From: an uncultured bacterium
Lineage (GTDB): Bacteria > Acidobacteriota > Thermoanaerobaculia > Multivoradales > JAHZIX01
NCBI GenBank assembly: GCA_965368975.1
Contig: CBDUPA010000010.1
Span: 32,001-96,000, forward strand
DNA: 64,000 nucleotides
Direction of reading: 5' to 3'
A program made the translations under genes and the position numbers. The notes under the pieces were generated by a model that saw only the letters and a program-made list of their open reading frames with translations, did not search any database and was not told the origin of the DNA. Positions 11,805-22,032 of the stretch are shown piece by piece (position 1 is the stretch's first letter; each line of letters begins with the position of its first letter).

Positions 11805-12637
11805 ACCCGCAACTGCTGCATCTCGATCTCGCGCCGGTAATCGCCGGCGGCATCGAGCACGATCGGCCGGGCCATCTCACAGATGCGGCTCACCAGAGGG
11901 GCCGGGATCCGACGCTCCAAGGGTTCCGGACCGGAAGGCGGCGGGGGCGTCGGGTTGAAGCGATCCTGGCGCGGCGGCACCGGCTCCGAGGCTGGCGGAT
12001 CGAGCACGTAGTTGGTGGTGAAGAGGGTCGGCAGGCGTTCCCGATAGCGCGTATTGATCAGGCGGTAGAGGATCGTCTGCACCCAGCTGGTCGGCTTCTC
12101 GGCGCCGAGTTCGTCGATCACCAGCAGCGGCGCGCGCAGGATCGGCTCCAGGATCTGAGCCGCCGACTGCGGAGCGTCTGGGCCAAAGCTGGACTGCAAC
12201 TCGTAGAGCAGGTTGGTGAAGTCGACGAAGCGGCCGCCGATGCGCACTTCGCGGATCAGTTGACCGAGCACTGCAACGGCCAGGTGCGTCTTGCCGACGC
12301 CGGGCGGGCCGATGAAGATCAACCCCTTCTCCGTCGTCGAGAGTTCGTCGCTGTCTCGTTGTCGCGTCTGGAGAAAGCTATCGATGTAGCGCTGGCAATC
12401 GCGCTTGGCCGCCAGCAACTGCTCGGCCGCCTCGGAGCGAGGATCGCTGACGCTGAAACTGTCGAGCGTGCAACTGCGGTAGCGCTCAGGGATCTCGGCA
12501 CGTTCCAGCAAGCGTGCAGGCAACTGGCGCTTGCGGCAATCACACTGACGGGCGATGCGCGTCTGACGGCCTTGATCGTCGGCCTCCCAGGAGACAATCC
12601 AGCCGCTGCCATCGCAGTGGGGGCAAGGTTCGGGCAT
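11801..12637 (-). CDS. DnaC/IstB-like AAA+ ATPase (probable helicase loader)
   Basis: N-terminal CPHC...CDC zinc motif, IPERY, Walker A GPPGVGKT, Walker B LLVIDELG, INTRY and FTTN. Confidence 0.85.
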   Translation of the reverse strand: MPEPCPHCDGSGWIVSWEADDQGRQTRIARQCDCRKRQLPARLLERAEIPERYRSCTLDSFSVSDPRSEAAEQLLAAKRDCQRYIDSFLQTRQRDSDELSTTEKGLIFIGPPGVGKTHLAVAVLGQLIREVRIGGRFVDFTNLLYELQSSFGPDAPQSAAQILEPILRAPLLVIDELGAEKPTSWVQTILYRLINTRYRERLPTLFTTNYVLDPPASEPVPPRQDRFNPTPPPPSGPEPLERRIPAPLVSRICEMARPIVLDAAGDYRREIEMQQLRV

Positions 12638-12696
12638 ACCCGGATGCTAGCAGACTTGAGACCGGAATCCGGACGGGTTGGATCGCCGCGAAAGCC

Positions 12697-13101
12697 TCAC
12701 TCCTTCTTCGCCTTGACCAGCGCTCCGCTCTCGACCTTGACCAGCGCGTGGCGCCGATCGACGCCGGCCCGGCGGTCGATCACCTCCTGGCGCACGACAG
12801 TCAGCAGGCGATCCATCTCCTGGCGCATCTCGTCCATCTGCTCGCGCATGTTGAGAATCACTTCGACCCCCGCGAGATTGACGCCGAGATCGCGCGTCAG
12901 CGTCAGAATCACCTCCAGACGACGGATCGATTCATCGTCGTAGAGACGAGTGTTGCCGGCGCTGCGCACCGGCTCCAACAGACCTTCGCGCTCGTAGAGT
13001 CGCAGGGTCTGCGGATGGATCTCGAAGCGTTCGGCGACGGCGCTGATCATCAGGTAGCGTCGTCGGTCTTCTCGTTCAGTGACTCGCTTGCGTCGTGCCA
13101 A
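12697..13101 (-). CDS. hspR: HspR, MerR-family heat-shock repressor
   Basis: YLMISAVAERFEIHPQTLRLYEREGLL.P.RS.GNTRLY and DLGVNLAGVEVIL. Lies directly downstream of dnaK. Confidence 0.88.
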   Translation of the reverse strand: MARRKRVTEREDRRRYLMISAVAERFEIHPQTLRLYEREGLLEPVRSAGNTRLYDDESIRRLEVILTLTRDLGVNLAGVEVILNMREQMDEMRQEMDRLLTVVRQEVIDRRAGVDRRHALVKVESGALVKAKKE

Positions 13102-13164
13102 GGTTCCGGCCTCCCTCTGCTGGTTCCGTCTGCTGCGCTCGTTTCGGGGAACGGATCAGAGTGT

Positions 13165-13211
13165 AAGACAAACGGGCCGGGCGGACCACCTAGCGGTCAC
13201 GACCCGGCCCG
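13165..13211 (-). terminator. Hairpin / probable intrinsic terminator after dnaK
   Basis: Stem cgggccggg (13173-13181) pairs with cccggcccg (13203-13211). It is followed by tttgtctt on the minus strand. Confidence 0.55.
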
Positions 13212-13240
13212 AATGCTCTACCGTGGGTGAGGAGAGAAGA

Positions 13241-15154
<1,914 letters not shown>

Positions 15155-15243
15155 TGTGTAGCTCCTCCTTGGTCGTAGTCTGTTCGGTCCCGGTGGTGAC
15201 GTTCCGCGCTCGCGAATCGCCTGTTGCGGGAGCCACGACCACG

Positions 15244-15310
15244 ATTGTAGAGATATTAGTGCTCAGCTGTCAACCCCCAAATTTCAAGACTTGATACAGA
15301 TAGACTAAGA
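15244..15310 (-). promoter_or_regulatory. Sigma70-type dnaK promoter with degenerate HAIR-like (HspR) operators
   Basis: Minus strand TTGACA (15273-15268), 18 nt, TACAAT (15249-15244). CTTGATA-N7-ACTAAGA at 15290-15310 resembles the HAIR consensus CTTGAGT-N7-ACTCAAG. Confidence 0.7.
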
Positions 15311-15389
15311 TAATGACGAAGACGCCATGAGACAAAGAGGTAAGATCTGCGATTACAGACAGATCGCCCGGCCCGCGCAAGCGGCCAGG

Positions 15390-16868
15390 CTAGTCCAGGA
15401 GGACGAGTGGCGCTTCTTCGGCCGCCGCCTTGGCGGAGAAGAACTCGGGATCCAGGATGAAGTTACCGGTGATCGCTTCGGTAGTGCCAAGCCGCGTCAA
15501 CTCGCTACCGCCACGTTGAGGTGCCAGACGGTAGCGACCGTCACCCGCCTGGTAGCCGAGCAGGTTCCCGCCCGGATCCCGCAGTTCGGCAGCCGGCAGC
15601 AACCCACCCTCGATCAGCGCACCGAGATCGTCAGGCAACTGGCCGGTGAACAGGACCTGCGTCTTGAGCGCACGGTCGATCTTGAAGTAGGCAATCTTGC
15701 GCTGCTGCTTGCTGAACACTTCCCGCTGGGCTTCCTGCCAGGGGAACGGCAAGCTGAGGGCCAACGGCTGCAACCACAACAGACCGACGACCCAAAGTGC
15801 CGCCAGGCAGGCGATACCGCGCGACAACCAGTGCGGCAGCATGCTGGAATCGAGCAGTGGGGCGGGCATCGCACCCATGTCGCTATCGGCGTCGGCAGCA
15901 CCGAGTCCATCCAGTTCGATCTCGGCGACGCCATCGAAGCTGCTGGCGGCAGGGGCAGCCACGGGCGCAGCCGCCGCGGCGGTACCCGGACTCGCCGTCG
16001 ACGATTGAGCCGTCGACAACTGGACCGACGACAACTGGGCCGGCGATGGAGCCGACGCCGAGGGGGCGGCCCGGCGCACCTGGACCAACCCTTGACTCTG
16101 CAGCAACTGCAGCGTCTGCAGCGTCTCGTCCTCGTCGAGGCCGCTGCCAATAATGACCGCCGCCACCGTCGCACGGCCATCGATCTGCTGGAGTACCTTC
16201 TGGTGTACCGCTGACAGCCCGCTGACGGCCGCGTTGTCGGCCGGGCACCGCTCGAACACCGACGAAAGCCGCGGCAACGAAGCGGCCGGCGCACGCTCCT
16301 GCATCGGCGGCGGTGTCAGGCCGAGATCATCTAGGTCTGGAATCGGCCCGGTATGCTGCGGCGGCACTGGAGAGGGGGGAGCCGGAGTGGTTGGTGCAGC
16401 AACCGGTCCGGCGTCGAGCAGGATGGACTGTACCGAGAGAGGCTCGAAGCCTTCTTCGAAGGACACCTCGTCGTTGGAGTAGAACTTGAAATCTCCCTGA
16501 TCCCAGTGCAAGAGCCCGACCAGCAGATCCGTATACTGCTGGCGCAAGCCAGCCAGCAGCTGTGCCCGCTGCGTGTGCCCGCCGTCAATCAGCAAATCTT
16601 GCAGGCGACTGCCGGTTGAAGCCTGCTCCTGTAGCAGGTCGTCGACCACCTTCTGGGCCACCGAGCCCTGGTCCACCAAGATACGAGCCAGACGCTCCTC
16701 ACTAGTATGGTGCAAGGAGTCCGCGCCCACGACCTTGCCCTTGAGGAACGACACGGCAATGATATCGTCCTCGCCCTGGACCGTCAGAATGCCGGTCTTC
16801 TGCTGCTGCGCGATCAGTTGCAGGATCTCGGGAAGCTGGAAGACGTTGAGATTACCTTCTACGGTCAT
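15390..16868 (-). CDS. DUF4388 (PatA-N-like) domain membrane protein
   Basis: MTVEGNLNVFQLPEILQLIAQQQKTGILTV...LLHWDQGDFKF, then a Pro/Ala-rich linker, a winged-helix-like segment and one TM helix. Confidence 0.8.
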   Translation of the reverse strand: MTVEGNLNVFQLPEILQLIAQQQKTGILTVQGEDDIIAVSFLKGKVVGADSLHHTSEERLARILVDQGSVAQKVVDDLLQEQASTGSRLQDLLIDGGHTQRAQLLAGLRQQYTDLLVGLLHWDQGDFKFYSNDEVSFEEGFEPLSVQSILLDAGPVAAPTTPAPPSPVPPQHTGPIPDLDDLGLTPPPMQERAPAASLPRLSSVFERCPADNAAVSGLSAVHQKVLQQIDGRATVAAVIIGSGLDEDETLQTLQLLQSQGLVQVRRAAPSASAPSPAQLSSVQLSTAQSSTASPGTAAAAAPVAAPAASSFDGVAEIELDGLGAADADSDMGAMPAPLLDSSMLPHWLSRGIACLAALWVVGLLWLQPLALSLPFPWQEAQREVFSKQQRKIAYFKIDRALKTQVLFTGQLPDDLGALIEGGLLPAAELRDPGGNLLGYQAGDGRYRLAPQRGGSELTRLGTTEAITGNFILDPEFFSAKAAAEEAPLVLLD

Positions 16869-17001
16869 GTCGTGAAACCTTCACATCTGTGGCTGTAACG
16901 CGAAGCCGGTAGCGCGAAAAACGGCGCGGTACGCTCCACAGTCCCCGCCTGTGCACTCCCAGTCTTTGCGCTGACACTCGCTCCAGCGAGAATCTGCGCA
17001 C

Positions 17002-18840
17002 TCATTCCGAGCGCTCCAGAAGCAGGCGTACGAGTAGGACGACGAGTAGACCCAGGGCCATGATCAGCTGCAAGAGAAGCCCGCCCGGGCTGAACTCGAT
17101 CGGCATGCGGTAGCCCCAGGCAGCACTGAAGGGCAGCAGCAACAGGAAGACCACCGGCGCCAGGGCGGCAAAGGCGGCAAAGCCGCTTCCCGTGCCAAGC
17201 GATTTCCAGCCCGGTACCAGCACCCGCCCGAGCGCCGAGCCCGCCTCATCTGCAGCCGCGGCCGGCCGGCCCTTTCTGGACGAAGCCGTCTTGGCCGAAG
17301 ACTTGGACGGTGGCGCCTGCGCCGTACCCGCCACCATCTGCAACGCGTAGGCACCGAGCAACATACCCAGCACCGCGAAGACGGACAGGCTCTGGCGCAC
17401 CACCCGCCGCAAGGTCGAGGTCACTTCCGTCTGGCCTCCCTCCTGCTGTGCCAGTGCCAAGCGCTGACGCAGCTCCGGGATTCGGCGGAAACCACCATCG
17501 AGCGGATGTACGCGGCGATCCTGGCGCTCGACCCAGCGGCCGACCGCGGCAGGTGCGAGCCGCTGCGCTTCGGCCAGGGCACGGCTCGATTCATCGAATT
17601 CGTAGTTGGCTCCGTACGCCTGGCTCAGGTTGAAGAAAGCCTGCGCACTGCCGGCATCGAGCGACGTCGCGCGCAAGAACCGCTCCTGGGCACCGCCGTA
17701 GTCTTCCTGGTTGAAGTAGTAGATGCCCATGTTGACCCACAGTGACGAATCGTCGACCTTGCTGTCTTCGCGGATCAGCTGCTGGTAGAGCGTGCGTGCC
17801 TGCTCCCACTGGCCGAAACGGCGGTGCAAGTCGGCGACGAGATGGTCGACATCCAGGTCGCTCGGCAGCGTGTTGCGCAACGCCCGCAGGTCGGCGAACA
17901 GGTGCCCTGACAGGCGATCATTGCTCAAGTCGTCGAGCACGCGCATGGGTGGCGACAGCATGCCGGACAGGGTCCGCTCCTGCTGCCCGAGTACCCAGGG
18001 CGAGAGGCTCAGCAGCAACCAGCCGAACGCCAGTACCAGCCGTTCGCTCTTGGTGATCGACCCCCAGAGGAACATCGTCCACAGCATGAGCAGCCAGAGC
18101 AACCCTGCTGGCAAGAACAGGGGAGCCCCCAGCAGCAGCACGGCCAGCGCCAGGGCGGCCGGCGGCGGCATCCAGCGACGGAAGAGGGTCGCCAAGCCGC
18201 GCAAAACGTCCCCGCCGCGGCGAGCGATCAGCAGCAACAGGAAGATCATGCAACTGACCACCACGACCAGGATGGCGAGCAACGAGGCATTGTAGAGCAG
18301 CAGGGTCCGAGCGACCGGTTGGCGCCACAAGCCAACGTAGCCTTCGACCAGGTGCTGCAGCATACCGACGTACTTGCCCTGCAGTCGATCGATCGTGGCC
18401 CGCGCAAAAGCCGTCTCGGGCTGCACCGGGTCCATGAGCTCCGCCGCGTCGAGAGCCCAGGCAGCGCGCGCGAAATCACCGTCCTCGCGCGCGGCCCGCT
18501 GGGCGGCGGCCAGCATCGCGCGCTGCACGTCCGGCAAACGTCGCATTTCCAGATCCTCGACCGTTTGGCGCAGCTGGGCGGCAAATTGGTCGGCATCCTG
18601 CTGCTCGTCTTGATAGAACGAGCCCTGCCAAGCTAGAAACAAGTCTGGCACTTGCTCCAGCTGGCGCTGTACCTCGGGGGTCAACTCCAGACCGGTAATC
18701 CCAGGCGATGACGTCTGCGCCGAGGCGGGCGACGTCATCAGGGGTGCCACCAAGCACAGCAACCCCACCACCAGCCAGCGCAAACTCCGGTGCAGCGGCT
18801 GTGAGCCTCGACATTGCAACTTCCGCTTCTCCACTCTCAC
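17002..18840 (-). CDS. TPR-containing multi-pass membrane protein
   Basis: Signal-like N-terminus and several TM segments. TPR-like helices WVNMGIYYF and AFFNLSQAY. Confidence 0.75.
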   Translation of the reverse strand: MRVEKRKLQCRGSQPLHRSLRWLVVGLLCLVAPLMTSPASAQTSSPGITGLELTPEVQRQLEQVPDLFLAWQGSFYQDEQQDADQFAAQLRQTVEDLEMRRLPDVQRAMLAAAQRAAREDGDFARAAWALDAAELMDPVQPETAFARATIDRLQGKYVGMLQHLVEGYVGLWRQPVARTLLLYNASLLAILVVVVSCMIFLLLLIARRGGDVLRGLATLFRRWMPPPAALALAVLLLGAPLFLPAGLLWLLMLWTMFLWGSITKSERLVLAFGWLLLSLSPWVLGQQERTLSGMLSPPMRVLDDLSNDRLSGHLFADLRALRNTLPSDLDVDHLVADLHRRFGQWEQARTLYQQLIREDSKVDDSSLWVNMGIYYFNQEDYGGAQERFLRATSLDAGSAQAFFNLSQAYGANYEFDESSRALAEAQRLAPAAVGRWVERQDRRVHPLDGGFRRIPELRQRLALAQQEGGQTEVTSTLRRVVRQSLSVFAVLGMLLGAYALQMVAGTAQAPPSKSSAKTASSRKGRPAAAADEAGSALGRVLVPGWKSLGTGSGFAAFAALAPVVFLLLLPFSAAWGYRMPIEFSPGGLLLQLIMALGLLVVLLVRLLLERSE

Positions 18841-19046
18841 CCTCGCTTCTGTACGTAGAGCATGCGCAGCTGGTAGAGCACGTTCTCGAGATAGGCCGGT
18901 TCGCGGGCACTGAGGTTACCAGTAGTCTTGCGTCGCAGGACGACTGCATCTCCAAGGCGCTGCTCCAAGAAGCTGCATTCCGCTCGCAGTTCCCCCTCCG
19001 GCGTGAACATACGCTTGTCGGTCACCTTGAGACGCTTTGCACTCAC
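18837..19046 (-). pseudogene. Shortened (internally deleted) DUF1844-family gene
   Basis: N-terminal KVTDKRMFTPEGELR is joined almost directly to the C-terminal LRRKTTGNLSAREPAYLENVLYQLRMLYV motif. The stop overlaps the GTG of the next gene. Confidence 0.55.
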
Positions 19047-19163
19047 TGACACAATCTCCCCGTCGCCTGAGCTGGTACGGTTGGAGCTAGCACGGCTGGC
19101 AGCGGCAATCGTAGCAGGCACAAATCCACCAGAGCAAGGAAACACCGAGCGGAGGAAGCCACC

Positions 19164-20024
19164 ATGATCCAAGCCCCCGAGCCCCCTGCCTCCGACGCTC
19201 CCGACCTGGCGCCGCTGGCCGAACTGGTACGCTTGCTACGCGGCCCCGGTGGCTGCGCCTGGGACCGGAAGCAGACTCTCGGCGACGTCCGAGGTTACTT
19301 GCTCGAGGAAGCCCACGAGGTCGCCGACGCCCTCGACCGGCGCGATTGGGGCGCACTGGAGGAAGAACTCGGCGACTTGCTGTTCCACGTCGTCTTCACC
19401 GCCTCCGTGGCCGCCGAGGACGGGCACTTCGACCTCGCCCGCGTCATCCACCGCATCCATACCAAGATGGTCGATCGCCATCCGCACGTCTTCGAGGTCG
19501 AACAAGCCGGTACCCTGCACACCGCCGACGAGGTCAGCCGCGCCTGGGAAGAGCGTAAGCTGCAGCAAGAGAAGAAGGATCGCCCCCTGCTCGACGGCGT
19601 CGCCCGCTCGGTGCCAGCCCTGCTCGCCAGCTATCGCATGACCCAGAAGGCCGCCGGCGTCGGCTTCGACTGGGACGAGCCGGCCGAGGTACTCGACAAG
19701 GTCGAGGAAGAACTCGGCGAGCTGCGTGCCGAGATGCCGAGTGCAGCCACCAAGCCTAACGGCCCACCGGGCCCCGACCTACGCGATGGCCTGCGTGCTG
19801 AATTGGGCGACCTCCTCTTCACCGTCGCCAATCTAGCCCGCAAACTCGACATCGACCCGGAAGCCGCGCTGGCCGAGACGAATCTCAAGTTCCGACGCCG
19901 CTTCGGCCACGTCGAGACGCGGCTCAAGGAGCAAGATCGACGGCTGGATCAGGCGTCGCTGGACGAGATGGACGCGCTGTGGAACGAGGCCAAGGCACAG
20001 GAAGCACCAGAATCGCTCAGATGA
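19164..20024 (+). CDS. mazG: Nucleoside triphosphate pyrophosphohydrolase MazG
   Basis: LRGPGGCAWDRKQT, LLEEAHEV, EELGDLLF, RHPHVF, GFDW, ELGDLLFTVANLAR and KFRRRF. Confidence 0.95.
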   Translation: MIQAPEPPASDAPDLAPLAELVRLLRGPGGCAWDRKQTLGDVRGYLLEEAHEVADALDRRDWGALEEELGDLLFHVVFTASVAAEDGHFDLARVIHRIHTKMVDRHPHVFEVEQAGTLHTADEVSRAWEERKLQQEKKDRPLLDGVARSVPALLASYRMTQKAAGVGFDWDEPAEVLDKVEEELGELRAEMPSAATKPNGPPGPDLRDGLRAELGDLLFTVANLARKLDIDPEAALAETNLKFRRRFGHVETRLKEQDRRLDQASLDEMDALWNEAKAQEAPESLR

Positions 20025-20202
20025 GTAGCCGCCCTTGGTAGCTCCCCCTGGGGGCTATACAGCTGAATTCCCTGCAAGAGCACCCCAGGACAATTGAGGG
20101 ATCTCTTTAGGGAATATCACCAGCCTGGCTTACAATCATAACGGACTACTCAAGAACCACTCTTACCAGCAAGAATTCGGCAAGAAGGAATTAAGCAAGG
20201 AC

Positions 20203-20400
20203 ATGCGAAAGATCAGATCGAACAGTCAGAAACTAGAGTTCCCAGAAACTACCCTCAGTCTTCTCGAGAGTGCAGTCGGAGGAGCCAACACTGGTGAATG
20301 TCCAGCGCCAGGTAGTGGCAGCGATGGCCCTGAAAAGCCTACGACGCCAGAAACAATCCAGCCCAGCCGAGAGATCCCAAGAATCATCATAGGCAACTAA
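20203..20400 (+). CDS. Small peptide with double-glycine leader (candidate RiPP/bacteriocin-like precursor)
   Basis: AAGG RBS and an upstream TACAAT (20131-20136). Leader MRKIRSNSQKLEFPETTLSLLESAVGG. The ORF fills an otherwise empty lower-GC gap. Confidence 0.55.
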   Translation: MRKIRSNSQKLEFPETTLSLLESAVGGANTGECPAPGSGSDGPEKPTTPETIQPSREIPRIIIGN

Positions 20401-20578
20401 GGATGCATCGACTGCAAGAGTACACCCTGAGCAGACGCGAGAGATCTCAGGTCACCCTGGTGCAGCCAGCCGCCTCACATCCAAATGGACTCGTCAAGTG
20501 ACCCAAGATTCTAGAGGGAAGGCTCTCAGACAGAGCCCAGCTGGCAGCTGCATCAGCTGAGCGAAGGTTCATCTCGCC

Positions 20579-21277
20579 TCAGTGGATAACGTCCTCCACC
20601 AGAGGCTGTACGTACTCGAAGACGTTCTCCGCCACGATCTCTTGCCCTTCGGCGGTCGGGTGAATCCCATCGGGCTGGTTGAGACGGCGCACACCGCCGA
20701 CATCTTCGAGTAGGAAGGGCATCAGTTCGACATCGAGATCCTGGGCGATCTGCGGGTAGAGGTCGGCGAAGCGCTCGGTGTAGTCAGGGCCGTAGTTGGG
20801 CGGGATCTGCATGCCGAGCAGCAGCACGCGGGCGCCGGTGGCATGACCGCGTTCGATGATGGCGCGCAGGTTTGACTCGGTGGCGGCGAGATCTTGCCCG
20901 CGCAGCGCGTCATTGCCACCCAGGCCGACGACCAGGATGTCGGGTTGCTGCTGGAGCACCCAATCGACGCGACTCAGGCCACCGGCACTGGTGTCGCCGC
21001 TGACACCGGCATTGACGACTTCAACGTCGAAACCTTCGTCGAGCAACGTCGTCTCCACCAGAGCCGGAAAGGCTTGCTCTTCGGCCAGACCGTAGCCCGC
21101 GGTGAGGCTGTCGCCCAGGAAGACGATGCGCACGGCGGCGGTTTCAGCGTCTACAGCCTGCGGGGCATCGACGGCCGCGGTGTCGGGTGCTGTCGTCGGT
21201 GCCCCGGATTCGGTACCATCACCGCCACAGCCGGCGAGAAGAAGGAAGAACAAGCAAGGCATCCAGATATTTCTCAT
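20579..21277 (-). CDS. GDSL/SGNH arylesterase lipoprotein (TesA-like)
   Basis: Lipobox LAGC, FLGDSLTAGYG, NAGVSGDT, GGNDALRG and DGIHP. Confidence 0.93.
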   Translation of the reverse strand: MRNIWMPCLFFLLLAGCGGDGTESGAPTTAPDTAAVDAPQAVDAETAAVRIVFLGDSLTAGYGLAEEQAFPALVETTLLDEGFDVEVVNAGVSGDTSAGGLSRVDWVLQQQPDILVVGLGGNDALRGQDLAATESNLRAIIERGHATGARVLLLGMQIPPNYGPDYTERFADLYPQIAQDLDVELMPFLLEDVGGVRRLNQPDGIHPTAEGQEIVAENVFEYVQPLVEDVIH

Positions 21278-21294
21278 AGGCGAATCATAACCTC

Positions 21295-22032
21295 ATGAAT
21301 GACACCCCCCGCCTCGACACCCCGCGCCTCGAATTGCCTCTCCTAGAATTGAAGAAGCTGACCCGCCGCCTACGCTCCGGCGACCGTGAGCTGACGGTGC
21401 TCGACAGCGTCGACCTGCGCATCGAAGCCGGCGAGTTCATCGCCGTGCTCGGTCCGTCCGGCAGCGGAAAATCGACGCTGCTGGCTTTGATGGCTGGCCT
21501 CGACCGGCCGAGCGACGGCGAGGTACGGCTCGATGGCGAGGCGATCCAAGATCTGAGCGAGGACCGTCTGGCACTGCTGCGTCGACGCAAGATCGGCTTC
21601 GTCTTCCAGAGCTTCCAGCTGCTCGGCAACCTGACGGCGCGCGAGAACGTGCTCTTGCCGCTGGAGCTCGCCGGCGAACCGGACGCGCTCGAGCGGGCGA
21701 ATGCATTGCTGGCACAGGTGGGCCTGGGCGAGCGCGGGCACCACTACCCGACCCAGCTCTCTGGTGGTGAGCAGCAGCGCGTAGCCCTGGCGCGGGCCTT
21801 CGCCTGCCGGCCTCCCTTGTTGCTGGCCGATGAGCCCACCGGCAATCTGGACAGCGCCACCGGCACCCAGGTGCTCGACGTCCTCACCGCTTTGCATCGG
21901 GACGGCGGCACGACGCTGGTGCTGGTGACCCACGACCCGGCCGTGGCGGCGCGCGCCGATCGAAGTATTCATCTGCGCGATGGCGCGCTCGTGCGAGATG
22001 AACGCCGCTCCACGACGGAGCCGTCAGCGTGA
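21295..22032 (+). CDS. ABC transporter ATP-binding protein (YbbA/LolD-like)
   Basis: GPSGSGKST, LSGGEQQRV and ADEPTGNLD. Divergent from the tesA-like gene, as in the tesA-ybbAP arrangement. Confidence 0.93.
   Translation: MNDTPRLDTPRLELPLLELKKLTRRLRSGDRELTVLDSVDLRIEAGEFIAVLGPSGSGKSTLLALMAGLDRPSDGEVRLDGEAIQDLSEDRLALLRRRKIGFVFQSFQLLGNLTARENVLLPLELAGEPDALERANALLAQVGLGERGHHYPTQLSGGEQQRVALARAFACRPPLLLADEPTGNLDSATGTQVLDVLTALHRDGGTTLVLVTHDPAVAARADRSIHLRDGALVRDERRSTTEPSA

Noticed and set aside
11801-12637. IstB-like ATPase as evidence of an IS21 element or prophage
   Set aside because: No IstA transposase, terminal inverted repeats or phage genes are nearby. The gene is embedded in a housekeeping run and better read as DnaC-like.
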